From assembly GCA_047615875.1 (NCBI GenBank), contig JBLHGU010000005.1, forward strand, positions 3,432 to 67,431: a stretch of DNA of 64,000 bases. The letters run 5' to 3'. The notes beneath the pieces were generated by a model. That model had not been told where the DNA came from and did no database searches. It saw nothing but the letters and a program-made list of their open reading frames with translations. The DNA is from Parasphingorhabdus sp. GTDB lineage: Bacteria; Pseudomonadota; Gammaproteobacteria; Arenicellales; CAJQKF01. Of this stretch, positions 55,025 to 63,582 are shown piece by piece. A program made the position numbers and the translations under genes. Every line of letters begins with the position of its first letter. Position 1 is the first letter of the stretch.

Positions 55025-55350
55025 TCCTCTTATATGCGAGCACCCTTATAAACAATCCAGTTTAGATATTGCCTGACAATGACTGACCGAGTTTTCTCTA
55101 TATTAAATATTGTTTACCATGATGTTATCAAGAAATTCAATTAATGGCAGAGTGCTTACCTGTTCGGGCAATATCGCTTCACTTGTCAATACGTTGTAGG
55201 CTTTGAACTGCCCTATTTTGTTGCTTGCGGCAGATTGATTAAAATCAGTTATTAGGGTCAGTCTTTAACAGTCATGATTATTCTTGATTGACCCCATTTC
55301 GTTAGATCAAAAGAAGCAACCGAAATTATTGCTTAAGTTCGCAGATCTAT

Positions 55351-56055
55351 TTATATAGCTACTACTCTCTCGTCGGAAAACCCGCATGCCCAGGCAGCAC
55401 TGCGCTGGATAAGGCGGCTATGAATATCATGTTGCAGCGAATTAGGATCGTGCCCGAGTGCATCGAATACCACGCGACCCTCGTCAAGCTGATGGGCCCA
55501 GAGCACAGGCCCTACGGTTCCATCATCGGCACATGCTGAAAGTAACGGTATTGTGTCTGGAGCAAGATCCAGTCCAACGTAAACTTCGTCCACAATATTG
55601 AAATCAGATATACCTGCAGTCAGGGCATGTGATTGCCCGGTGGGTGAAACCGATACTGGTCCGAGTGGTGGATGAAAAGATTGGCCCCAGACCCAACTAC
55701 CGCCGAGCAGGTCACGCCATTCCGCCCAGTCATCAAAACAAATGCAGGCAGTATGCAAGCCAAACAAGCCGCCACCCTGATGAACATAGTTAACCAGGGC
55801 TGCTCGGCATTCGACGGGCATGCTGTATCCATACTCATCGCGAAGTGCTTCATACTTTTGATTTCCCTCCATACGCCAACGAAGCGCCATGACAGTGACC
55901 ATGTCAAACGCCTCTGATGTCAGGCGTTCGATTCCGGCATTTATGTCATTTGTGTATTCGGAGGCTATGCCGATTTCGCCAAGCAAGTCGATAACCGTGT
56001 CTGTGTTACGGTCAAAGTCATGGCGTATTCCACCGGTCAGGATCAGATTTCGCAT
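55351..56055 (-). CDS. ThuA-domain protein (class I glutamine-amidotransferase-like fold)
   Basis: NLILTGGIRHDFD..., VHQGGGLFGLHTA, W.EWRDLLGG.W...S.HPP, HALTAGISDF.IVDEVY is a typical ThuA-like pattern. Confidence 0.7.
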   Translation of the reverse strand: MRNLILTGGIRHDFDRNTDTVIDLLGEIGIASEYTNDINAGIERLTSEAFDMVTVMALRWRMEGNQKYEALRDEYGYSMPVECRAALVNYVHQGGGLFGLHTACICFDDWAEWRDLLGGSWVWGQSFHPPLGPVSVSPTGQSHALTAGISDFNIVDEVYVGLDLAPDTIPLLSACADDGTVGPVLWAHQLDEGRVVFDALGHDPNSLQHDIHSRLIQRSAAWACGFSDERVVAI

Positions 56056-56058
56056 CGA

Positions 56059-56847
56059 TTACTTTTCCGAGTCTGTGGGCGCCTTTCGCGGCAAATGCTT
56101 TTTCAGGCTGGAGGCCACGCCGCCATCGACTAGAATATGTTGGCCGTGAATATAGTCGGCCTGCTCTGAAATCAGGAACGCAACAGTGCCGGCGATATCC
56201 TCGGCCTTGCCAATTCGACCGGCGGGAACGCTTGCGGCGCGAAGCGCTCGAGTTTCAGGGTCCTGGTAGATCGGGGAAGACATACCGGCATCGATAAAAC
56301 CCGGCGCCACAGCATTGACTCGCACACCCATAGGGCCAAGCGTCAGCGCGAATTGTTCGGTTAACTTGGCCACAGCTGCCTTACTAGCCGGGTATGCACC
56401 TGCATCTGGACTCGGGGCGAAAGCATTCAACGAGGTCACGTTGACGATCGCGCCGCTACCGCGTTGTGCCATCAGGCGACCAACCGCACAACACATAATA
56501 AATGTTCCAACGAGATTGACATCGATGACCTTGCGAAAGTCCTCGACACTGTGCTCGAGTAGTTCACCGAAACGAACGATCCCGGCATTGTTAATTACGG
56601 CATCAGGAACGGCACCGAAATCCTTTTCAATGCGGGCCAGTGTCTGGTCGACCTGTGCTTCATCGGTAATATCGCAACCATAACCGCGAGCATCACCCAG
56701 GCACCCGGCGGCATTCATGACACCCTGCTCGTCAACATCGATTATGGCAATTCTATAGTCCTGCAATCCAAGGTAATTAGCGATTGCATAACCAAGTCCT
56801 CCGGCCGCGCCAGTAATCAGTGCAAGTTTCTTTTTATCTGCTTTCAT
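56059..56847 (-). CDS. Short-chain dehydrogenase/reductase (SDR)
   Basis: TGAAGGLG cofactor motif, NNAG, catalytic YPASKAA. 262 aa. Confidence 0.85.
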   Translation of the reverse strand: MKADKKKLALITGAAGGLGYAIANYLGLQDYRIAIIDVDEQGVMNAAGCLGDARGYGCDITDEAQVDQTLARIEKDFGAVPDAVINNAGIVRFGELLEHSVEDFRKVIDVNLVGTFIMCCAVGRLMAQRGSGAIVNVTSLNAFAPSPDAGAYPASKAAVAKLTEQFALTLGPMGVRVNAVAPGFIDAGMSSPIYQDPETRALRAASVPAGRIGKAEDIAGTVAFLISEQADYIHGQHILVDGGVASSLKKHLPRKAPTDSEK

Positions 56848-56872
56848 TTATTCCGGCCTCAGCCAATCCGAG

Positions 56873-57454
56873 CTAACGAAAATTAATCTGGGGTTTGACA
56901 AAATAGGTATTTTTTTCGGGCTGATAATAATGGCGCATTTGTTTATAGGGGCCGTTTGCGATGGTTAACCCAAGACTATCCTGCTGCAACGCGGTAAAGC
57001 TATGGATGTCCGCCGGGGGCGCGATAATGATCAGATCTCCGGGATCGAGGATATCTTCGCTGATGGTTTCGAGCTCAGCATGGCCTTCGATCGATTCGTC
57101 ATCGATACGCTGCATCGTCTCGTGACTAACCTTACCTCGATAGGTGCAGAAGGCTTCCCAGATACCGTGGTCGTGCGGTGGAATAACCCGATCGTACGGC
57201 ACCTCGAATAGTAAAATCGATAGTTCACCATCAAAGTATAGGTATTGTGAGCTGGCAACGTTATTACCCTGACGCGGGGCACCAACTGCGCTCAGGTCTT
57301 CGTGTTTGATTAGTTCCGCGATGGGCGCTTTGATTGCTAAGGCCAGTGACGCGTAATCGTCTCCCGCCTGCGCAATCGCTGCGACGATCATTTTCGCGCA
57401 ATCACGGATCGGGAGCGTTTCTTCCAATATCGACATAATGATGTTTGCCAGCAT
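56873..57454 (-). CDS. Cupin-fold metalloprotein of unknown specificity
   Basis: 193 aa with a His-containing beta-barrel motif IPPHDHGIWEAF...G and a later ADIHSF. The family is not confidently recognised. Confidence 0.45.
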   Translation of the reverse strand: MLANIIMSILEETLPIRDCAKMIVAAIAQAGDDYASLALAIKAPIAELIKHEDLSAVGAPRQGNNVASSQYLYFDGELSILLFEVPYDRVIPPHDHGIWEAFCTYRGKVSHETMQRIDDESIEGHAELETISEDILDPGDLIIIAPPADIHSFTALQQDSLGLTIANGPYKQMRHYYQPEKNTYFVKPQINFR

Positions 57455-57579
57455 AATTCCAATTAGTTAAAGTATAATTTCACAGTTCCATCATTAGTGC
57501 AATTTATCGGTTATCAAAGGCTGAGCTACTAACTGCATGGAAAAATCAAGATTATTCAGAATCGAGCTGAGAAACAGAT

Positions 57580-58578
57580 ATGTCGAATATAAAAAATGCT
57601 GCAGTTATTGACGTACATGCGCATGTGCGCCTTAATTCGACCACCGGAGCCGCCGGTCGCCACGGCCCAGAATTCGGCGTGGATGCGGATGGCACACCCT
57701 GGTACCGGGTCGGAAATTACAAGCTGATTGGCGTCAGGCACACGGCCAGCCCCTTTACTGATCCGAAACTTCGCATTGAGCGCATGGATCGCGACGGTAT
57801 CGATTTCCAGGTGGTTTCACCGAGCCCCCTGACTTACTTTCATCACATTGAACCGAACGAAGCGGTCGCTTTCTGTCAGCGTCATAACGACGCCTGTGCC
57901 GAGTTGATTAAGAACCATTCGCAACGGCTCGGTGGACTTGCGGCGTTACCGATGCAGGATCCCGCGGCTGCCTGCGAAGAGCTGGAGCGTGCAGTGACTG
58001 AGCTTGGGCTATGGGGCGCGGCTATCGGCACCGAGTTCGGCGAGCCATTGCACAGCGAAAAGCTGGATCCACTGTATCAAAAATTTGTTGATCTCGATGT
58101 GCCACTATTTCTGCACCCGGCACCATCGGGTATCGATGGCCCGCCGGGTGACCCCAACCTGAAACGTTTTGACCTCGACGTAGTCATTGGCTTTGCCGGG
58201 CAGGAATCGATTGCGGTCGCGACCCTGATATTCGGTGGTGTGCTCGAACGCCACCCCGCTCTCGATATCTGGATCAGTCACGGCGGTGGTGGTATTCCAA
58301 TGCTGGCAGGTCGCCTGGCACAGGCCGCACGCAAACGACCCTGGGCTACAGAAGAAATCAAAAAGGACGGTGCTTTCGAGCAGGCTTTAACACATCTCTG
58401 GTACGACGCCCACGTAACCGATCCTTCAGCCCTGTCAATGCTACGCAAATGGGTAGGTAATGATCGCATCGTTTACGGCACCAATTTCGCTGGCTGGGAC
58501 CAACCCGAAGATGGTCATCACGGTGTTATAGACCCGTCCTGGGCGGATAACGCGCGACGTCTATTGCGTAAAAACTAA
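57580..58578 (+). CDS. Amidohydrolase_2 family protein (ACMSD-like metal-dependent hydrolase/decarboxylase)
   Basis: N-terminal VIDVHAHV, later LFLHP and WISHGGG, C-terminal NARRLL. 332 aa. Confidence 0.75.
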   Translation: MSNIKNAAVIDVHAHVRLNSTTGAAGRHGPEFGVDADGTPWYRVGNYKLIGVRHTASPFTDPKLRIERMDRDGIDFQVVSPSPLTYFHHIEPNEAVAFCQRHNDACAELIKNHSQRLGGLAALPMQDPAAACEELERAVTELGLWGAAIGTEFGEPLHSEKLDPLYQKFVDLDVPLFLHPAPSGIDGPPGDPNLKRFDLDVVIGFAGQESIAVATLIFGGVLERHPALDIWISHGGGGIPMLAGRLAQAARKRPWATEEIKKDGAFEQALTHLWYDAHVTDPSALSMLRKWVGNDRIVYGTNFAGWDQPEDGHHGVIDPSWADNARRLLRKN

Positions 58579-59372
58579 CTCCCGAACCAGGTAGTAGATG
58601 CCGACGGCCGTACACCGCCGAACTGGGCCCAGGTCGAAGCCACCTGCCAGCCCGCATCTACCACCAGGTTCACTCCGGTAATCGCGCTTGCCCGATCAGA
58701 CGCCAGAAACTCGATTGTCTCGGCCACTTCGCGCGGACGAACCATACGCCCCAATGCAGTAAACTCACCGGGGTCACCGGCGTAGCGGCCGGATTTGAGG
58801 CGCTCTTCGACACGGGGAACCAGCGTTGAGCCGGGTGATACCGTATTGACGCGAATACCCGATCGCCCCCATTCACCGGCCAGATTTTTACTGAGCTGCA
58901 CAACGCCCGCTTTACTGGTGGCATAGGCCTCGGCAGGCATCGATCCCAGGGCAGCGATCGAACCGAGATTGACAATACTTCCCTGGCCACGCTCAATCAT
59001 GCGCCGGCCAAAGCAGCGATTGGCGAGAAAAGTACCACCGAGATTGACTGAGAGCACCTGGTCCCAGACCGATTTTTGCTGATTTTCCGTCGATACAATA
59101 TCCTGAAAAACAGCAGCTGCCACCACCAGTGCCGAGACGGGGCCGATATTCTTTTCGATAGTGGCAACAGTGTCCTCCACCGAAGTTTCATTGGCAATGT
59201 CCATAGTCAGACCGGTGGCGCCGATTTCGGTTGCAATCCGGTTTGCCGCCACACCATCAAGGTCTGCGACCACAACCCGCCATCCGCGCTCGAACATGAG
59301 CCTTGCGGTTTCTGCCCCAATGCCGTTAGCACCGCCGATAATTACTGCAATCGCATCGCTTGTGTCATTCAT
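58575..59372 (-). CDS. Short-chain dehydrogenase/reductase (SDR)
   Basis: IGGANGIG cofactor motif, catalytic YATSKAG. The 3' end overlaps the convergent amidohydrolase gene by 4 nt. Confidence 0.85.
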   Translation of the reverse strand: MNDTSDAIAVIIGGANGIGAETARLMFERGWRVVVADLDGVAANRIATEIGATGLTMDIANETSVEDTVATIEKNIGPVSALVVAAAVFQDIVSTENQQKSVWDQVLSVNLGGTFLANRCFGRRMIERGQGSIVNLGSIAALGSMPAEAYATSKAGVVQLSKNLAGEWGRSGIRVNTVSPGSTLVPRVEERLKSGRYAGDPGEFTALGRMVRPREVAETIEFLASDRASAITGVNLVVDAGWQVASTWAQFGGVRPSASTTWFGS

Positions 59373-59513
59373 CGTTTGGCCCTTATCATTGCAATCCTCG
59401 ATCTACCCGAAATGTCATCATGTTGTTTGGTTAGTTCCAAAAGCACCATCGCCCAGATTTTCAACGGTGGTAAATAAAGGCATTCTAAAGTCAGCAATCG
59501 TCTGAGAGCAAAT

Positions 59514-60386
59514 TTGATCACATCTTCAAATACTACTAACGCAACAAAGCTTCCGGCAGCAAACGAGATGCGGGCGTTATCTCTGTCCTATTACACGGTA
59601 CCCGAACTCGATGCACTGGAGACTGTGGCAGTAGCCGCCGCTACCGATTGTCGCCACGTTGGCCTGCGTCTGCTAGGCGGGCAACCTGGCGGTGGCGAAA
59701 CGGAGTTGCTCAGTAACTCGACACTACGTCGAAAAATGCGCCAGTCTATGTTGGACCACGGCGTCTCGGCACTTGACGCCAACACGGTACGGCTTGTTCC
59801 AACTTCCAATATTGCCAGCTACGGGCCGTTTTTTGACGCCGCCGCCGAACTCGGTGCGCGCCACGTATTGACCACTGTGGATGACCCGGAGCCACAGCGA
59901 CTGAACGATAACCTCTTACGATTATGTACGATGGCCACGGATCGTCAGCTCACAATCGATTTTGAGTTCGTACCCTGGCTGAAACTGTCCAGTATCGAGG
60001 CCAGCGCTCAGCTGATCAGGCAATGCGAGCATCCCGCTCTTGGTATCTCGGTGGACGCTCTGCACTATTTTAGATCGCAGGGTACTCCTGCGCAAATTGC
60101 CGCATTGCCACCGCAGTGGTTCCGCTACGCGCAGCTGTGTGATGTTGCCTCAGTGACTTCACCCTCCTCGAGCCAGGCCTTTATCACCGAAGCTACACAG
60201 GAACGCCTACCGCCTGGTGAAGGAGTCATCGACCTCGTCGGCATGCTGCGCGTTCTGCCACCGAGAATACCCATCGCCCTCGAAATCCCTCAGCTAACGT
60301 TATCACAAAGTCTGCCCGCTAAAGCTCGGGTAGAGCAAGCGGTCACGGCGATGCGCGAAGTTTTGCGAATTACCGCAGAGGGCTAG
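59514..60386 (+). CDS. Sugar phosphate isomerase/epimerase (xylose-isomerase-like TIM barrel) family protein
   Basis: The pattern of alternating beta/alpha units with DFEFVPW, SVDALHYF and ALEIP is typical of the AP_endonuc_2 fold. The start is uncertain (TTG 59514 or ATG 59568). Confidence 0.6.
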   Translation: MITSSNTTNATKLPAANEMRALSLSYYTVPELDALETVAVAAATDCRHVGLRLLGGQPGGGETELLSNSTLRRKMRQSMLDHGVSALDANTVRLVPTSNIASYGPFFDAAAELGARHVLTTVDDPEPQRLNDNLLRLCTMATDRQLTIDFEFVPWLKLSSIEASAQLIRQCEHPALGISVDALHYFRSQGTPAQIAALPPQWFRYAQLCDVASVTSPSSSQAFITEATQERLPPGEGVIDLVGMLRVLPPRIPIALEIPQLTLSQSLPAKARVEQAVTAMREVLRITAEG

Positions 60387-60399
60387 GCTAATGCTTTGA

Positions 60400-61233
60400 T
60401 CAAGCGAGGTCATCCCAAACGCAAAGCCGTTTCATCACTCGCCTCTCACTTGACATATCGTAGTTCGCAATTCCCCTATGCATCAGGCACCGGTTATCCC
60501 AGATTAGAAGGTCGCCCTTTCGCCATTTGTGGGTATAAACGAAAGGCGGCTGGGTCGCCTGTTCCTGCAGGCGGGCGAGTATCAAACGTCCTTCCGCCCG
60601 ATCCAGGTCTTCTATGTGAGAGGCGTACATACCGATATAAAGACAATCCTGCTCGGTTTGTGCATGCGGTCGCACAATCGGGTGTACCACTGGCGGCGCA
60701 TTTTGAATCTGTGTTTCGGTCGGCGGTGGATTGTCGAGGCTGTGACGCATGAACTCGATACTGTGGACTGCGGACAGTTGAGCAATTTTCATCCGAGTAA
60801 CATCTGGTAGCGCCGCATAAGCCAGACCCATATGGGCCAGTTGCGTATCACCTCCTGACGCTGGCAATTCGACCGGGTACAGCATCGTCGCTAACGAAGG
60901 TGTAGCGAGGTAGGACTTATCGGTATGCCAGAAATAATTGGTATTGATATAGGGACGAACCGATGGCTTACCAGCGCTATCAAAATTAGTGATGTTGTGA
61001 ACAGGTGTCATGAGCTCGCCATCATTGTTCTCTATCAAATGTTGTTCCAGTCGGCCGAATATTGATGCAAATGCCTCCAGGTTATCGTCATCGACAGTCT
61101 GATTGCGAAATACGAGCGCGCCATATTGTAAAAACGCTGCCCTTATGGCGGCAATGCTCTCTTCATCAAACGTATTTGACAGGTCAATACTGCTCGTTTC
61201 TGCTGCAAAAGGTGATTCTAGGGCCTGGAACAT
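60400..61233 (-). CDS. TauD/TfdA-family Fe(II)/2-oxoglutarate dioxygenase
   Basis: 277 aa. WHTDKSY (HxD), GGDTQ, IWDNRCLMHR. Divergent from a sulfonate-type ABC transporter operon. Confidence 0.8.
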   Translation of the reverse strand: MFQALESPFAAETSSIDLSNTFDEESIAAIRAAFLQYGALVFRNQTVDDDNLEAFASIFGRLEQHLIENNDGELMTPVHNITNFDSAGKPSVRPYINTNYFWHTDKSYLATPSLATMLYPVELPASGGDTQLAHMGLAYAALPDVTRMKIAQLSAVHSIEFMRHSLDNPPPTETQIQNAPPVVHPIVRPHAQTEQDCLYIGMYASHIEDLDRAEGRLILARLQEQATQPPFVYTHKWRKGDLLIWDNRCLMHRGIANYDMSSERRVMKRLCVWDDLA

Positions 61234-61654
61234 GAATTTCTCAATATGCGGATCGTGTCAATTTGATTGCTTAAAATAGCAGGATTCAATAAGTATCGGA
61301 ATTCTACAGAAGCCAAAAGCTTTTCTTTTACCTTAATTTAAATCAAATCAGGTTATCTGTTATTGGTATTATGATACTCTTTATCGTTATAATGATGAAA
61401 CTGCAGCAAAATTAGCTCACCATTTCCGTGAAGTAATTAACTGACGGAATTGGAATGGGTTGACGAGCTTAGTTAGGGGTGAGTGACGATCAAACCGTCG
61501 AAGAAAAATTCTGGTCTCACCTGGCCTGAGAAAGAAGAGTGTTATGCAACACGCAATTGGCAATTAAAGAAGATAGTATTGTCATAAGGTAAGTTGAAAA
61601 CATTTTGTAATTAACGCCCGCGACCAGAATATCGGGCCAGTAGGAGGATTTAGC

Positions 61655-62632
61655 ATGTTAATATTTACACGAACTAGGGTTATCCTGGGACTAACGGCAA
61701 TTTTTACCGTAATCCTGTCAGCTTCAGTCAGAGCTGAAACAATCGTTGCCTCGCATTACGGGTTTCTTTTCAACACCGCACCGATCGCAGTTGCGATTGA
61801 ACTCGGTGAATTTAAAAAACGTGGCATCGATATTACTGATGTCATCTCGTCCGCCGGCGGCGGTACAACAATGCGTAACCAGATTGCATCCGGTGCAGGG
61901 TATGGCGTGGTTGGCACAGCCGCAGTGTTGGCAGCCTTTCGCGAAGGTCACGATGTCAAGATTGTTAGTGCTAACGTGATGTCAATTGCCGATCTGTTCT
62001 GGGTAACGATGCCGGACAGAGGAATTAGTTCAATGGAAGATCTGCGAGGAAAGAAAATCTCGTACACCAAGCCGCGCTCAACCAGTCAAACACTGGCGAA
62101 GATGGCCGTGGCAGCTGCCGGTATGACTGAAGATGACGTTGAACTGGTGTCGCTCGGTAAGGTCGGTGCCGGACTCGCTGCGCTCGAACGCGGAGATGTC
62201 GATGCCGCGCTTATTCTGGAGCCAATCATGAGCAGCCGCAAAGGCAAGTACGTTGTGGCCTTCGATCTGACAAACCTGCCCAACATGACCCAGACTGTTG
62301 GCGTTACAACAGCTGAATTTGCCAGGAAAAACCCCGACAAACTTCGCGCTATCATTGCGGCACGACGCGCAGCGGTTGATTATCTGTATGCGGAACCAGT
62401 CAAGGCGGCCAAGCTAGTTGCCAAGGCTTATGGCGACAAGGTGTCCGAGGAAATCGCGATCACCGCTGTCAAGAACATGGTTGCGATCAACTATTGGGGT
62501 CGGGGTAAGTTCGACATGCCTGCGCTAGAAGCCATGCTTGAAGGCCTGCGTTCACAAGGATCCTGGGAAGGCCCTATAAACTGGGATGACTTAATCGACG
62601 AGTCATTCTTGCCTGACGATCAGAAACTCTAG
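61655..62632 (+). CDS. ABC transporter substrate-binding protein (NMT1/THI5-like; TauA/SsuA-type)
   Basis: Signal peptide (ILSASVRA), 325 aa, aggagg RBS. Followed by a TauB/SsuB-type ATPase and a permease. Confidence 0.75.
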   Translation: MLIFTRTRVILGLTAIFTVILSASVRAETIVASHYGFLFNTAPIAVAIELGEFKKRGIDITDVISSAGGGTTMRNQIASGAGYGVVGTAAVLAAFREGHDVKIVSANVMSIADLFWVTMPDRGISSMEDLRGKKISYTKPRSTSQTLAKMAVAAAGMTEDDVELVSLGKVGAGLAALERGDVDAALILEPIMSSRKGKYVVAFDLTNLPNMTQTVGVTTAEFARKNPDKLRAIIAARRAAVDYLYAEPVKAAKLVAKAYGDKVSEEIAITAVKNMVAINYWGRGKFDMPALEAMLEGLRSQGSWEGPINWDDLIDESFLPDDQKL

Positions 62633-62763
62633 GTCAAACATTAGGGGACACCAAAGATGTCGCCAATATCGGCGGCATCCACGTTCAGGTTGGTAACTCT
62701 GAACGGCGGCCAGATACACGGCTTCTGGAGTTCAATCGGCTTAAAATATAAACTTGGGTTGCC

Positions 62764-63582
62764 ATGTCCGAAACTGAAACTATCGAAGAAACAAACCCTA
62801 ACCATGCCACTGTATCCTTAAAAGATGTCAAGCATGTGTATGAAGGCGTTGTACATGCGCTCGGCCCTATTAACCTGGATCTCAGGCTGGGCGAATTTTT
62901 CACCACTATAGGCCCGTCGGGATGCGGCAAGACCACGATGATGGACATAGTCGCCGGTCTGACGTCACCTACCGAGGGAGAAGTCACCCTTGAGGATAAA
63001 CCAGTACGTGACGAGGTACCCGAAGGGGTTGGGATTGTATTTCAGGATGATGCCTCGTTCCCGTGGCTGACGGTTTGGGATAACATTGCCTTCGGCCTGC
63101 GCCGTGCTGGCCGCACAACTGCGGAAGTCAAGGAACGTGTTGACTACGCCATCGATTTCATGGGCCTCAAAGGGTTCGACGAATCCCGTCCGTCTGAGCT
63201 ATCCGGCGGTATGCGACAACGAGTCTGCATCGCTCGTACCTTCGTCATGGAGCCGCGTTTAATTCTGCTGGACGAGCCGTTCGGATCACTTGACCAGCAA
63301 ACCAGATTCTTGATGGGCGACGAACTTTTGCGACTGTGGCGTGAGACCGGGGCCACGGTACTGCTGATTACCCATTCGCTGGATGAGGCCGCTTTGTTGT
63401 CTGACCGAATTGGGATTATGTCGTCCAGACCAGGCCAATTTATCGATATCGTTGAAACTGGCTGGCCAGATGATCGTGACAGTCGGATGGCATCGCGCGA
63501 AGAGTTTGGTCAGGTGACAACGCAACTCTGGGAAAAGCTCCGTGAAGAATCTAAAAAAGCCCTGGGAGACGAATCGATGTGA
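62764..63582 (+). CDS. ABC transporter ATP-binding protein (nitrate/sulfonate/taurine family)
   Basis: Walker A GPSGCGKTT, signature LSGGMRQR, Walker B LILLDEPF, H-loop ITHSLDE. Confidence 0.9.
   Translation: MSETETIEETNPNHATVSLKDVKHVYEGVVHALGPINLDLRLGEFFTTIGPSGCGKTTMMDIVAGLTSPTEGEVTLEDKPVRDEVPEGVGIVFQDDASFPWLTVWDNIAFGLRRAGRTTAEVKERVDYAIDFMGLKGFDESRPSELSGGMRQRVCIARTFVMEPRLILLDEPFGSLDQQTRFLMGDELLRLWRETGATVLLITHSLDEAALLSDRIGIMSSRPGQFIDIVETGWPDDRDSRMASREEFGQVTTQLWEKLREESKKALGDESM

Noticed and set aside
55025-55350. Possible degraded YafQ/RelE-type toxin remnant downstream of the DinJ-like pseudogene. The cue is a short 'LINN' stretch reminiscent of YafQ.
   Set aside because: The similarity is limited to a few residues and is interrupted by several stops in every frame. 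It is far too weak to support a feature without a profile search.
61474-61535. Possible TPP (THI-box) riboswitch upstream of the NMT1/THI5-like binding protein. The cue is ggggtg followed about 40 nt later by ctgaga.
   Set aside because: Only two short motifs match. The rest of the THI-box consensus is absent: the ACCC segment, the cctgatc..ggataatgcc..gcg..aggga pyrophosphate-sensing arm, and the correct spacing. The divergent TauD gene argues for a sulfonate transporter rather than a thiamine-precursor transporter.
62656-62742. 28-codon ORF (MSPISAASTFRLVTLNGGQIHGFWSSIGL) between the SBP and ATPase genes, considered as a frameshifted ATPase N-terminus or a leader peptide.
   Set aside because: The downstream ATPase ORF is already full length with a normal N-terminal beta-strand region before Walker A. 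Nothing supports the small ORF.
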